A DNA stretch of 64,000 nucleotides from Acidobacteriota bacterium (GTDB lineage Bacteria > Acidobacteriota > CAIWXX01), in NCBI GenBank assembly GCA_040755995.1, contig JBFMAF010000035.1, forward strand, positions 96,001-160,000, given 5' to 3'. Shown here one piece after another: positions 54,549 to 64,000 of this stretch; within the stretch, counting starts at the first letter, position 1, and every line of letters starts with the position of its first letter. The position numbers and the translations under genes were made by a program. The notes beneath the pieces were generated by a model that was not told the origin of the DNA, did no database searches, and saw only the letters and a list, made by a program, of their open reading frames with translations.

Positions 54549-54601
54549 CTCCTCCCCCGTCCGCATCGTCGCAGGATGCGCCGACCTGCTCGACGTCGCC
54601 G

Positions 54602-55594
54602 TCAGTACTCCTTCTTCAGGCTGCGCTCCATCAGGTCTTTCAGCGCGGCAGCGGGCGGCTTGTCTTCGTACAGGATGGAGTGCATCTCGAAGGTGATCGG
54701 CATGACGACGCCGAGGCGGTGGGCCAGCTGGGTGGCGGAGCGGGTCGTGCGGACACCTTCGGCGACCTGCGTCATGGTGCTCAGGATCTCCGAGAGCTTC
54801 CGCCCCTGGCCGATCTGTTCGCCGACCCAGCGGTTGCGCGAGAGGCCCCCAGTGCAGGTCAGCACGAGGTCGCCGATCCCGGCGAGCCCCGCCATCGTTT
54901 CCGCGCGCGCGCCCATGGTCAGCGCAAGCCTCGTGATCTCATGCAGGCCCCGCGTAATCAGCGCCGCCTGCGTATTCAGCCCGAATCCCAACCCGGACAC
55001 GATACCCGATGCCAACGCGATCACGTTCTTCAGCGAGGCTGCCAGCTCGACGCCGAGGACGTCCGAGTGGACGTAGACGCGGAACAGGCTGGTGTTGAGC
55101 GCCTGCTGGAACTCCTGCGCCAGCGCCTGATCCTTCGACGCGATCACCACGGTCGTCGGGTGCGCCTTGCCCACCTCCAGAGCGAAGCTCGGACCCGCCA
55201 GCACGGCGTACGCCTTCATCTGAGGCACTGTCTCGGCCGCGACCTCCTCCATCCGCTTGCACGTGTCCTCCTCGATCCCCTTGGTGGCGCTCATGATGCG
55301 AGTGCCATCCGCCGCCAGCTCCGCGATCCGCGAGTACACTCCGCGGCAGAAGTGCGATGGGACCACGACGAAATACGAATTCGAGAAAGAAGCGCACTCG
55401 GCGAAATCCTCCGTCGCCCGCACGCCGGCCGGGATCGGGCACCCGGGCAGGTACGCTGTGTTCTCCCGCTCGCTGTTGATGACCCGGGCAAGTCCCTTGT
55501 CGTACACCCACAGCAACACATCGTTCCCGGCCCGCCCCGCCTGAATCGACAGGGCCGTGCCCCAAGTGCCTCCACCGAAAATCGATATCTTCAT
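54602..55594 (-). CDS. gpsA: NAD(P)H-dependent glycerol-3-phosphate dehydrogenase
   Basis: GGGTWGTAL, ATKGIE, GPSFA, LKNVIA, GDLVLTC...SRN. Confidence 0.96.
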   Translation of the reverse strand: MKISIFGGGTWGTALSIQAGRAGNDVLLWVYDKGLARVINSERENTAYLPGCPIPAGVRATEDFAECASFSNSYFVVVPSHFCRGVYSRIAELAADGTRIMSATKGIEEDTCKRMEEVAAETVPQMKAYAVLAGPSFALEVGKAHPTTVVIASKDQALAQEFQQALNTSLFRVYVHSDVLGVELAASLKNVIALASGIVSGLGFGLNTQAALITRGLHEITRLALTMGARAETMAGLAGIGDLVLTCTGGLSRNRWVGEQIGQGRKLSEILSTMTQVAEGVRTTRSATQLAHRLGVVMPITFEMHSILYEDKPPAAALKDLMERSLKKEY

Positions 55595-56181
55595 CGGTCC
55601 TTCTTCAGACGGAACGTCGGTTCCTCTCCGCGGATCAGACGGCGGATGTTGGCGCCGTGGCGGATGAAGATCACGACGACAACAAGCACGCCCGCCCACA
55701 CGGCCGGGATCGGCGACCCGAGAAGCCAGGCAATAGGAGGAAACGCAGCCGAGGCCGTGAGCGACGCGGCCGAAACGATCCTTGTCGTCAGAGCCACAAG
55801 CGCGAAGATGAGGAGCACCGCGAGAACTGCCTTCGGCGAAATCGCCATGAACACTCCCGCACCCACGGCCACGCTCTTTCCACCTTTGAATTTCAGGAAG
55901 ATCGGGTAGCTGTGTCCAACGACCGCCGCGACCGCAGCGCAGACGGCCGCCGTGTCTCCCGCGAAGTGGTGGGCCAGCACGACAACCAGCGTCCCCTTGA
56001 GGAAATCAAGCAGAAACGTCATCAGTCCCGGCAGCTTGCCCACACTCCTCATTACGTTCGTCGCCCCGATGTTGCCGCTCCCCTGACCACGAATGTCACC
56101 TGCGCCCACTAACCAGGCGATGATGAACCCGAATGGGATGGACCCCACCAGGTACGCGAGAACAGTGATGAAATAGATCAC
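55591..56181 (-). CDS. plsY: glycerol-3-phosphate acyltransferase
   Basis: YLVGSIP, GSGNIGATN, FKGGKSVA, HGANIRRL. Confidence 0.96.
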   Translation of the reverse strand: MIYFITVLAYLVGSIPFGFIIAWLVGAGDIRGQGSGNIGATNVMRSVGKLPGLMTFLLDFLKGTLVVVLAHHFAGDTAAVCAAVAAVVGHSYPIFLKFKGGKSVAVGAGVFMAISPKAVLAVLLIFALVALTTRIVSAASLTASAAFPPIAWLLGSPIPAVWAGVLVVVVIFIRHGANIRRLIRGEEPTFRLKKDR

Positions 56182-56195
56182 GGGAGTCGTCGACG

Positions 56196-56230
56196 AGTTG
56201 TCAGTTGTCGGTTGACAGTTGTCAGTTGGC
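56196..56230 (+). repeat. heptamer tandem repeat (AGTTGTC family)
   Basis: AGTTGTC AGTTGTC GGTTGAC AGTTGTC AGTTGGC. Confidence 0.85.
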
Positions 56231-56389
56231 CGCAGCCATCGCAGAGTCCGGTGGAAAGAACATGCTCTCCGGCCGCACGGATCTTACGCAGTGATTCGAG
56301 AGGCCGGCTTGACAGAGGAGTTCTTTCGAATCCACGGATGAAGCCGTCGGATTGTGAAGTCCCCCTGCCCCTCGACCCCTTCATCTTCT

Positions 56390-56425
56390 CCCTTTTCCCT
56401 TTCCCCTTGACCCTTGTCCCTTTCG
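56390..56425 (+). repeat. pyrimidine-rich heptamer tandem repeat
   Basis: CCTTTTC CCTTTCC CCTTGAC CCTTGTC CCTTTCG directly after the thpR stop. Confidence 0.7.
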
Positions 56426-56426
56426 C

Positions 56427-56987
56427 CTAACTCCCCATCGAGTGGGCGGAAACTTCGCGGTGGACCGCGCCGGTCGGCAAGAGCGTGGACTGAAACAGAA
56501 CGATTCTGGAGAAGACGAACTCGATCGGCTCCACGATGATCCGGCCGAAACTCTCACGTCCGATGCCTCCGCTCTTCCTCCCGGGCTTGCGACGGCCCAG
56601 CGTCAGATGCGGGGTGAAAGCGCGGCTCTCGCGCTCGAACCCCAACGACTCCATCGCCTCTTCGACGCGCGAGCTCAGAACCTCCGATGTGCCGCCGTCT
56701 TCGAGCCCCACCCAGATCACTCGCGGAGATGACCCTCCGGGGAAACCGCCCACTCCCGTGAGCCTCGCCCTCCACGGCGCAAATTCCGGCGCAATCCGCT
56801 TGAGCTCCGCCGAGATCGCGGGGACCTTCCCGTCGTCGATCTCGCCGAGGAACTTGAGCGTCAGGTGGATCTGTTCTGACTTCACCCAGCGCATGCTTCC
56901 GGCAGCCGTCCGATCAAGCTTGTCGCTGATGATCGCCAGGTGGGCCTTCACCTCCGCCGGAAGCGGAAGAGCGATGAACGCCCTCAT
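56427..56987 (-). CDS. thpR: RNA 2',3'-cyclic phosphodiesterase (2H family)
   Basis: MRAFIAL, HLTLKFLG, PHLTLGR. Confidence 0.93.
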   Translation of the reverse strand: MRAFIALPLPAEVKAHLAIISDKLDRTAAGSMRWVKSEQIHLTLKFLGEIDDGKVPAISAELKRIAPEFAPWRARLTGVGGFPGGSSPRVIWVGLEDGGTSEVLSSRVEEAMESLGFERESRAFTPHLTLGRRKPGRKSGGIGRESFGRIIVEPIEFVFSRIVLFQSTLLPTGAVHREVSAHSMGS

Positions 56988-58273
56988 TCTCGGCCTCCCC
57001 GAGCGCCGGCCTGCCGCGCAGCGCGGATGTTGAGGAGCCTGAGGCGGAGCATGTCGAGGGCTCGCTGTGTGGCCTGGAAACGCACCAGCGCACGCTCGCC
57101 GAGGAACCGATTCTCCGTGGTCTCCGTCCTGCCCAGACCCGCCAGCGACACGTACACGAGCCCCACGGGCTTGGCCTCCGTGCCTCCCGAAGGTCCGGCG
57201 ACACCCGTAATCCCTATCCCATAATCGGCGCCGGCTGCGCGTCTCGCGCCGCTCGCCATCGCTTCCGCCACTTGCGGCGACACCGCTCCGTGCTCGGCGA
57301 TCAGATCCGCTCCCACGCCAAGCTCGTCGGTCTTGGATTGGTTGGAGTAGCAGACGAGGCCGCGGAGGAAGTAGGCGGAGCTCCCCGGGACTTCCGTGAG
57401 GCGGCTGGCGAGCAGTCCGCCGGTGCAGCTTTCCGCCGTCGCGATGCTCTGTCCAAGGCCAACCAGCAAACCGGCCACGACCGTCTCCAACGTCTCGCCG
57501 TCGGCACCGTAGACGCGATCACCCAGCCTGTCGCGGAACTCCCTCTCGATTTCCCGTATGAGAACCTCGGCCGGCCGATCCGGCCCGGCAGTCGCCCTAA
57601 TGTGCAGCTCGATCGAGCCCGGGCTGGCCAGGATGGTCACGGATGGGTTCAGCAGATCCCGGTAGATCGAGCCGATCAGCGAGTCCGTGTGGGACTCCGT
57701 GATACCCGTCACGCGCAGGACGCGCGTGAGAATCGGCGCGCCGCCGGCGAGGAGCGCGCTGATGCGAGGCCGCGCCGCCTTCTCGAACATCGGCACAACC
57801 TCGCGCGGCGGACCGGGCAGCATCAAGATGGCGCAAGCCCCGTCGATCCACTGGCCGGGCGCCGAGCCGACTGCGTTCTCCAGGAGCTCGGCTCCGTCCA
57901 ACAGGTCGGCCTGCTGTAGGTTGTTCGAGGTGAGCTTGCGCCCGGCTCGCTGAAACCGCATCGTGAGGTAGTCCACCCACTGTTGCGACCGCACAAGCGC
58001 TCGCCCCGTGGCCTTCGCCACGGCCTCGCGCGTCCGGTCGTCCTCGGTCGGCCCCAGGCCGCCCACCGTGATCAGCAGGTCCGCGCGCCGCATCCCCTCC
58101 TTGATCGCATCCACCAGGTCGTCGACCGAGTCGCCCACGACGGTCTTCCGGCGCAGCTCGATCCCGAGCTCGTTCAGCATGCGGGTCAGATAGAGCGAGT
58201 TGGTGTCGGTGCGGAGCGGCGTCAGCAGCTCGGACCCGACCGCTATGATCTCGGCGTTCCTGATCCCCTTCAT
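56984..58273 (-). CDS. cinA: competence/damage-inducible protein A
   Basis: VGSELL, DTNS, GGLGPTEDD, AESCTGG, GITGVAGP. Confidence 0.95.
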   Translation of the reverse strand: MKGIRNAEIIAVGSELLTPLRTDTNSLYLTRMLNELGIELRRKTVVGDSVDDLVDAIKEGMRRADLLITVGGLGPTEDDRTREAVAKATGRALVRSQQWVDYLTMRFQRAGRKLTSNNLQQADLLDGAELLENAVGSAPGQWIDGACAILMLPGPPREVVPMFEKAARPRISALLAGGAPILTRVLRVTGITESHTDSLIGSIYRDLLNPSVTILASPGSIELHIRATAGPDRPAEVLIREIEREFRDRLGDRVYGADGETLETVVAGLLVGLGQSIATAESCTGGLLASRLTEVPGSSAYFLRGLVCYSNQSKTDELGVGADLIAEHGAVSPQVAEAMASGARRAAGADYGIGITGVAGPSGGTEAKPVGLVYVSLAGLGRTETTENRFLGERALVRFQATQRALDMLRLRLLNIRAARQAGARGGRE

Positions 58274-58755
58274 CCGACCAATCCGAAATGAATTAGCGCG
58301 CGCACGACGATATTAGCATAGATCGCCGCCATCAGATCGTCGGCGACGATGCCCCAGCCGCCCGGGAGCTTCTCCAGGCGGCGACCGGGGAAAGGCTTGA
58401 TGATGTCGAACACGCGGAACAGCACGAAACCTGCCAGCGGGACCTGCCAGGATGACAGCGGGATCGACAGCGGCGCCAGGAACAGTGTCAACATCATCCC
58501 GACCATCTCGTCCACGACGATGCAGGACGGGTCCTTGCGCTCGACCGTCCGCTCGACGACGCCGGACGCATACACGGCAAGCGCAATCGAAAGCCCGAGC
58601 GCTACGGCATAGAGCACGGGCCCGCCGAGCCGCAGGGCAAAGGCCATCGGCAGCGCCACCGCCGAGCCCACGGTGCCAGGCGCAAACGGAAAGTAGCCCG
58701 AATAGAAGCCTGTGGCGACGACGACGGGCCAGCGCGGTGCGGACTCAGATGCCAC
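58270..58755 (-). CDS. pgpA: phosphatidylglycerophosphatase A
   Basis: APGTVGS, DPSCIVVDE, FRVFDIIKP, GIVADD. Confidence 0.95.
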   Translation of the reverse strand: MASESAPRWPVVVATGFYSGYFPFAPGTVGSAVALPMAFALRLGGPVLYAVALGLSIALAVYASGVVERTVERKDPSCIVVDEMVGMMLTLFLAPLSIPLSSWQVPLAGFVLFRVFDIIKPFPGRRLEKLPGGWGIVADDLMAAIYANIVVRALIHFGLVG

Positions 58756-60181
58756 TGACGATATCTCCGTCGAGATCGTAGGCGCCGGCGCGCGAAATCC
58801 TTACGACGGCGCGATCTCCCGGCTGCAGCTCCACCGGACCCCCGCGCCGCACACGCGTGACGCCGTCGATCTCGGGCGCCTGACCCATTACTCTACATAT
58901 GTAGTAATTCCCGCGGACGGCGTCGACGACGGCGTCGTGTATCTCGCCGATGCGCGCCGTGTTGGCCTGAAGACTGATCGTCCGCTGGAGCCTCATCGCC
59001 GCCGCCCGCCGCCTTCTCTTCTCGCGAGCCGGGACGGAATCGCCCAGCTTCCAGGCGGATGTGCCGTCCTCGCGGGAGTACGTGAAGATGCCCACGTGCT
59101 CCAGGCGCGCGTCACTCAGGAAGCCGAGCAGCGACTCGAATCGCGCCGGCGTCTCGGCCGGATAGCCGACGATGAATGCGCTGCGTATGAAGATCCCCGG
59201 CACCTCCCGCCTGAGCTGCTCGATCAGCCTCAGATGCGCCTTCCTGCTGCCACCCCGCAGCATGGATGAGAGTACGCTGCGATCCGAGTGCTGCAGAGGA
59301 ATGTCGGCGTATTTGCAGACCTTCGGCTCCCCGGCGATGGTCTCGATAAGATCGCGTGTCACGTGGCTGGGATAGAGGTAGTTGAGACGGATCCAGCGTA
59401 CGGCCCGGATCTCGGCGAGCCTTCCAGCCAGCCGGGCGAGGGTGGGTCCGCCAGGCAGGTCCCTGCCGTAGCCGCTCGTGTCCTGAGCGACCAGGATGAT
59501 CTCGGTGGCGCCAATCCCAGCCAGCTCCTCGGCCTCTTCGACAACCTCCTCAATCGCGCGCGATCGTTGAGGGCCGTGGATACCGGGGATGGCGCAGAAC
59601 GAGCACCTCAGATCGCACCCTTCGGCGATCTTCAGATATGCATAGTGCCCCGGACCGGTGACGGCGCGCGGCGACGGTGCGGCGGTTCGCGGCAGCCCTA
59701 GAATGTCAGTGATCGCATCCTGGTTCCGGACGCCCACGAACGCGTCCACTTCCGGAAGCGATCGAACGAGCTCGCCGGCGTAGCGTTCCACCAGGCAGCC
59801 GATCGCCACGAGCCTCTTGGTTGTGTTCTGCTTCAGCCGCGCCATCTCGAGTATCGTCGCGATGCTCTCGCGCTTCGCGTCGCCGATGAAGCCGCACGTG
59901 TTGATCAGAATCACGTCCGCCTGCTCCGGATCCGCGACCACGTCGCATCCGGCCGATCGAAGCCGGCCCAGGATCTTCTCGGAGTCGACGAGGTTCTTCG
60001 GACAGCCCAGGCTGATCATTCCGACGCGAAGCGGCGACGGCGAATCCCCGCCGTCGTGCCGGGACCGGCGGATGTTCGGTGCGTCAGAGGCCGCGGGCGC
60101 GCACGGCGAGTCCGCCTCTGCCGAATCGGCCACGCGGCCCGGTGCGCAGCGCCGGCCCGACTGACAACTGCCAACTGCCAA
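58745..60181 (-). CDS. rimO: ribosomal protein S12 methylthiotransferase (true start likely internal)
   Basis: SLGCPKNLVDSE, NTCGFI, AYLKIAEGCDLRCSFCAIP, APEIDG, TRAM domain. Confidence 0.93.
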   Translation of the reverse strand: MAVGSCQSGRRCAPGRVADSAEADSPCAPAASDAPNIRRSRHDGGDSPSPLRVGMISLGCPKNLVDSEKILGRLRSAGCDVVADPEQADVILINTCGFIGDAKRESIATILEMARLKQNTTKRLVAIGCLVERYAGELVRSLPEVDAFVGVRNQDAITDILGLPRTAAPSPRAVTGPGHYAYLKIAEGCDLRCSFCAIPGIHGPQRSRAIEEVVEEAEELAGIGATEIILVAQDTSGYGRDLPGGPTLARLAGRLAEIRAVRWIRLNYLYPSHVTRDLIETIAGEPKVCKYADIPLQHSDRSVLSSMLRGGSRKAHLRLIEQLRREVPGIFIRSAFIVGYPAETPARFESLLGFLSDARLEHVGIFTYSREDGTSAWKLGDSVPAREKRRRRAAAMRLQRTISLQANTARIGEIHDAVVDAVRGNYYICRVMGQAPEIDGVTRVRRGGPVELQPGDRAVVRISRAGAYDLDGDIVSGI

Positions 60182-60190
60182 CTGTCAACT
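60161..60190 (+). repeat. heptamer tandem repeat (GACAACT family; reverse complement of 56196 type)
   Basis: CT GACAACT GCCAACT GCCAACT GTCAACT. Confidence 0.85.
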
Positions 60191-60193
60191 ACT

Positions 60194-61483
60194 CTACGGG
60201 TAGATGCGGTACAGCGTCCGCGGGAATGGGATGGTCTCGCGGATGTGTTCTATGCCGCAGAGCCATGCGGTGGCTCTCTCGACGCCCATCCCGAACCCGG
60301 AATGGGGCACCGAGCCGTACCGGCGGATGTCCAGGTACCACTGGAAGGCCTCCCTGGGGAGCCCGTGTTCGTCGATGCGCTTCAGCAGCAGATCGCCGTC
60401 GTCGAGCCTCTGGCCGCCGCCGATCACCTCGCCGTAGCCCTCCGGCGCGAGCACGTCGACGCAGAGTGCCAGTGCGGGGTCGTCAGGGTCGGGCTTCATG
60501 TAGAACGCCTTCACCGCGCTGGGATACCGGTGCACTATGAGGGGGCTGTCGAACTTGTTCGAGAGTATCGTCTCGTCGTTGCCGCCGAAGTCGCCGCCCC
60601 ACTCGATCTCCGAGCCCTCCTTCTTGAGTATCTCGACCGCCTCGGTGTACGTCATGCGCGGAAAGGGCCTCTTGACCCGGCGCAGCTTCTCCACGTCCCG
60701 CCCCAGGACGGCCAGTTCCTTCTGGCGGTTGTCGATCACACGCTGGACGATGAAGTACAGGAACTCCTCGGCCAGTTGGACGTTGTCTTCGAGGTCGGCA
60801 TAGGCCATCTCGGGCTCGACCATCCAGAACTCGGTCAGGTGGCGCCGCGTCTTGGACTTCTCGGCCCTGAAGGTCGGCCCGAAGCAGTAGACCTTCCCGA
60901 ACGCGGCGCAGGTGGCTTCGCTGTATAGCTGGCCGCTCTGCGTGAGGTATGCTTTGTCGTCGAAGTACTGGGTCTCGAAGAGAGTGGTGGTGCCCTCGCA
61001 CGCTGCGGGCGTGAAAATCGGGGTGTCGACCAGCAGGAATCCGTGGCTGTCGAGGTAGTCGCGGCAGGCCCGGATGATCTCGGCGCGCACGCGCAGAATC
61101 GCCCACTGCCTCTGGCTGCGCAGCCACAGATGCCGGTGCTCCATCAGAAACGCCGTCCCGTGCTCCTTCGGCGTTATCGGGAATTCTTCGGCGATCTGCA
61201 CCACCTGCATGGCCGACACGTCCATCTCATATCCGCCCGGCGCGCGGGCATCCGCGCGCACGGCGCCTTCCACGATGACTGACGATTCGTGCGTGAGGCG
61301 GTCGAAGAGCTCAAGAAGCTCCGGCCTGGTGATCACGGCCTGGAGTATCCCCGTTCCGTCCCGCACCATGACGAACCGGATCTTCCCGCTGCTCCGCTTA
61401 TTGTGCACCCAGCCGTAAATCCGCGCCTCGACACCGGCCGCGGACGAGATGGTTTCGATCGTGACTCGCTTCATGTTGCCCAC
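60194..61483 (-). CDS. asnS: asparagine--tRNA ligase
   Basis: [54 protein letters not shown]. Confidence 0.95.
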   Translation of the reverse strand: MGNMKRVTIETISSAAGVEARIYGWVHNKRSSGKIRFVMVRDGTGILQAVITRPELLELFDRLTHESSVIVEGAVRADARAPGGYEMDVSAMQVVQIAEEFPITPKEHGTAFLMEHRHLWLRSQRQWAILRVRAEIIRACRDYLDSHGFLLVDTPIFTPAACEGTTTLFETQYFDDKAYLTQSGQLYSEATCAAFGKVYCFGPTFRAEKSKTRRHLTEFWMVEPEMAYADLEDNVQLAEEFLYFIVQRVIDNRQKELAVLGRDVEKLRRVKRPFPRMTYTEAVEILKKEGSEIEWGGDFGGNDETILSNKFDSPLIVHRYPSAVKAFYMKPDPDDPALALCVDVLAPEGYGEVIGGGQRLDDGDLLLKRIDEHGLPREAFQWYLDIRRYGSVPHSGFGMGVERATAWLCGIEHIRETIPFPRTLYRIYP

Positions 61484-61506
61484 CCGTGAATCGGCGAGGT
61501 ATTATA

Positions 61507-61719
61507 ATGGACGGTGTCCCACGGAGCAAGGAGGAGCCGGTGAAAGACTTAAAGGCGTTGGTTTCCATCATTATCTGCGTGGCGCTCGCGTTCTGGCTGC
61601 TGCGATACCTGCTGCCCGTGGCATTCGCAGCAGTACACCTCGTCATCTCTCTTGCCGCACTGGTGCTTCTCGTGCTGCTGGTCTTCTACTTCTACAAGAA
61701 GGTGATGCGCAAGTTGTGA
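61507..61719 (+). CDS. small two-TM membrane protein (start may be GTG 61540)
   Basis: Two hydrophobic helices and a basic tail; AAGGAGG before GTG 61540. Confidence 0.55.
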   Translation: MDGVPRSKEEPVKDLKALVSIIICVALAFWLLRYLLPVAFAAVHLVISLAALVLLVLLVFYFYKKVMRKL

Positions 61720-62043
61720 GAACGGTGCGCCGCGGAAGGACTGGACGCGAGCGGTGCGGCTCACGGGGATTGCTTCAACCTCACCGCGATCCGCGTCGTG
61801 GTCGAAATCGTGTTCGCATGCGATTCAATGTCGTTGTCGAACCCGACGACGAAGACAGCCACGGCGGCGAGCGTCCATGCATCTTCCCTGCAGCCGGACT
61901 ACGGGGCCTGCGACTGGGGTAGTGGACAGAGGTGCTTTGTGCTATTCTTCATTCCATAGAAGAGGGATGCGACCGGTGACTTGGAGTGATCCCCGGGACT
62001 TGCATGGTGGTCGAGGCGCAGAGGTCGAGGTCGGAGGGTTGAG

Positions 62044-62973
62044 GTGAGTCGAGGGCGCGTGGTGTGGGGGATCACGCTATCGGCCTTCGTGCTGATCATC
62101 CTGCTCCTCGCGGCGATCACCGTGTACGTGCTTGCCAAGGTTACGTTCCCCGAGCGCCGGACTTCGGTGCTGACGCCGCGCAGCCTGTTTCTGGACTGCC
62201 GCGATGTGAAGTTCCAGACCGCCGACGGAGTCGGGTTGGCGGGCTACTACGTCCCGGCCGATGGGTCGGTGCCGATCATACTCTGCCACGATTTCGGTTG
62301 GAAGAAGGAGGACATGCTGGCTCTGGCCGCGATGCTGCACGAGGCCGGCTATCCCGCGCTCCTTTTCGACTTCCGCCACCACGGCAAGAGTGGCGGGGGA
62401 ATGTCGACTCTCGGTGCGCGCGAAAAGCTGGACGTGCTCGCCGCAGTCGAGTTCCTCAAGTCCAGCGGCAAGGGCGGGAAGATCGGCCTGCTCGGTGTCT
62501 CCATGGGCGCCTACGCCGGTGCACTGGCGGCGACGGAGGTCGAGGAACTTGCGGCGCTCGTCCTGGTAGACCCCTACCCCAACCTCTCTCTGTACTTTCA
62601 CGATCGCGTCGAAGAGCTGTTCAATATCGATCGCGGTCCTCTGCCATGGATCTTGGAACATGTGTTCACGGCATACACACACACGACCGGCGACCAGTGG
62701 GCACTCGACCGGGCACTGCCAGGGCTGAGCAAGAAAGCTGTGCTCTTTGTGTCGAGTCACCAGGATCCGCGCAACGATCAGTACTGCCGCGATCTCTACG
62801 ATATTACACCCGAACCGAAAGAGCTGACGGCAATCGATGGCTTCCAGAAAGCCATGCGCCTGGGGACGGAGAAGGACCAAGTGCGCACCCGGGTGATTCG
62901 TTTCTTCAACGACTTCCTCCCAGGATCTGCCAGGCCACCCAAGGTGATCAAGGCCAGGCCGGGCGAGCGCTGA
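62044..62973 (+). CDS. membrane-anchored alpha/beta hydrolase
   Basis: N-terminal TM, FDFRHHGKS, GVSMG nucleophile elbow. Confidence 0.88.
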   Translation: MSRGRVVWGITLSAFVLIILLLAAITVYVLAKVTFPERRTSVLTPRSLFLDCRDVKFQTADGVGLAGYYVPADGSVPIILCHDFGWKKEDMLALAAMLHEAGYPALLFDFRHHGKSGGGMSTLGAREKLDVLAAVEFLKSSGKGGKIGLLGVSMGAYAGALAATEVEELAALVLVDPYPNLSLYFHDRVEELFNIDRGPLPWILEHVFTAYTHTTGDQWALDRALPGLSKKAVLFVSSHQDPRNDQYCRDLYDITPEPKELTAIDGFQKAMRLGTEKDQVRTRVIRFFNDFLPGSARPPKVIKARPGER

Positions 62974-63079
62974 ACCGTTCGAACGTCAAATTGCATATCG
63001 CAAGAGAAGGGCAGCGCGCGGCGTGCGTGCCCCGTGTCACGCATCGACCGCCATCACACCGCGCTTTGCGCGGGCCAGC

Positions 63080-63502
63080 TCATCGGTCGAGCTTGCGATC
63101 CAGCCTCACCTCAGTGCCGCCTCGGCGGCTGAAGCGGAACGCCACGTGCTCCATGAAGTTGCGCATCAGGAAGATCCCGCGACCGCAGGGCTTCAGGAGA
63201 TTCTCCGGCTTGGTTGGATCCGGGAGATTGCGCGGATTGAAGCCTGAGCCCTGGTCCTGCACCGACAGGAGTATCCGTCCGGGCTCACCGGACAGACGCA
63301 CCCGAACCTGCTTCTCGGGGCTTCTACGGTTGCCATGCAGGATCGCGTTGTTGAGCGCCTCCCGCAAGGCCAGGCAGATGTCAGAACAATGCGCCTCGTC
63401 GAATCCGCATCGGTGCGTGAAAGAACAACAAAGGTTGACCGCGATCTCGGCACACGCCAGGTCGCTCCTGAAGTTGAACTCAACGGTCCGCCGGTCAGCC
63501 AC
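63080..63502 (-). CDS. anti-sigma factor / RsbW-like HATPase
   Basis: EALNNAILHGN, DQGSGF, GRGIFLM. Confidence 0.9.
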   Translation of the reverse strand: MADRRTVEFNFRSDLACAEIAVNLCCSFTHRCGFDEAHCSDICLALREALNNAILHGNRRSPEKQVRVRLSGEPGRILLSVQDQGSGFNPRNLPDPTKPENLLKPCGRGIFLMRNFMEHVAFRFSRRGGTEVRLDRKLDR

Positions 63503-63672
63503 CGCGTCCCTTCCTCCGCTCTCCGGAGGTTATTCGATAGGCGGCCGGGCTGTCAAGGCATCATCGAGTACCACAATCCGGCAGCAGGTCCTCAATCGTG
63601 CTCGCGTGATCCATGCGATTCCGCTGAATCACGGGACTGTTGCCTTTCGCTCGCCGATACCTCGGGCACGCT

Positions 63673-64000
63673 GTGGATAAGCGTCATCGGATATTCATGG
63701 TCCCCAGCCAGAACTACGGGTTTGCACTGCTCTGCGGCGCAGAGGAAGCCGAAGCCCCACCTCGGCTCAGGCTCGCGATCTGGCGGAGACTCAGGTCGTG
63801 GTACTACCGGTGGACAGAGTCGGCCCTGGCACAGGAAAGAGCGCTGAAGAAAGCGCGGAAGGCAAGCTCGATCGAGGTCTGCTATCCCTCGCAACTCAGC
63901 CCGGAAGACGCGGCACAGCTCTTCGCCCGGCGTGTGCGCGAGGAGATGAAACACCACATCATATGGCTGCTCATCGATTTCCCTCTGCTGATCCCCGCAT
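63673..64000 (+). CDS. hypothetical protein, runs off the right edge
   Basis: Open frame from GTG 63673: DKRHRIFMVPSQ...IEVCYPSQLSPEDAAQLFARRVREEMKHHIIWLLIDFPLLIP; no stop before the window end. Confidence 0.55.
   Translation, partial: MDKRHRIFMVPSQNYGFALLCGAEEAEAPPRLRLAIWRRLRSWYYRWTESALAQERALKKARKASSIEVCYPSQLSPEDAAQLFARRVREEMKHHIIWLLIDFPLLIPA

Noticed and set aside
51751..55909. Long ORFs 51751-53283 (-) and 54353-55909 (+)
   Set aside because: Antisense shadows of prfA/rpmE and gpsA/plsY.
62064..63680. 538-aa plus-strand ORF
   Set aside because: Arg/Pro-rich off-frame shadow over the hydrolase and the anti-sigma factor.

Overview
GC-rich bacterial chromosome segment. The gene set and the Ig-type and repeat sequences suggest an Acidobacteriota-like organism (inference). 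It mixes housekeeping blocks (pit/DUF47, tex, idh-ahcY-metK, an RND efflux trio, rpmE-prfA-prmC, asnS-rimO-pgpA-cinA-thpR-plsY-gpsA) with accessory material. Highlights: (1) A more than 1000-aa Zn-ribbon-TIR-NACHT-WD40 NLR-like gene, absent from the ORF track because it runs off the left edge, sits opposite RyR-domain, NUDIX and possible RelA/SpoT-associated fragments. (2) A four-gene run encodes a KaiC/RecA-like ATPase with a Met/Pro/Ala-rich tail, a minimal nucleotidyltransferase, a small unknown ORF and an ATP-dependent DNA ligase. (3) An ArsM-like methyltransferase has an apparent stop at the conserved Cys position, followed by a SECIS-like hairpin and an in-frame extension, so it is probably a selenoprotein; it lies just upstream of metK-ahcY. 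(4) A topoisomerase VI subunit A gene has no subunit B in the window. (5) Several intergenic repeat families are present: heptamer tandem repeats including an inverted pair 4 kb apart, a GTAG REP, and a dispersed two-hairpin element. No rRNA, tRNA, CRISPR array or intact transposase was seen. All family assignments come from motif reading, not database searches.
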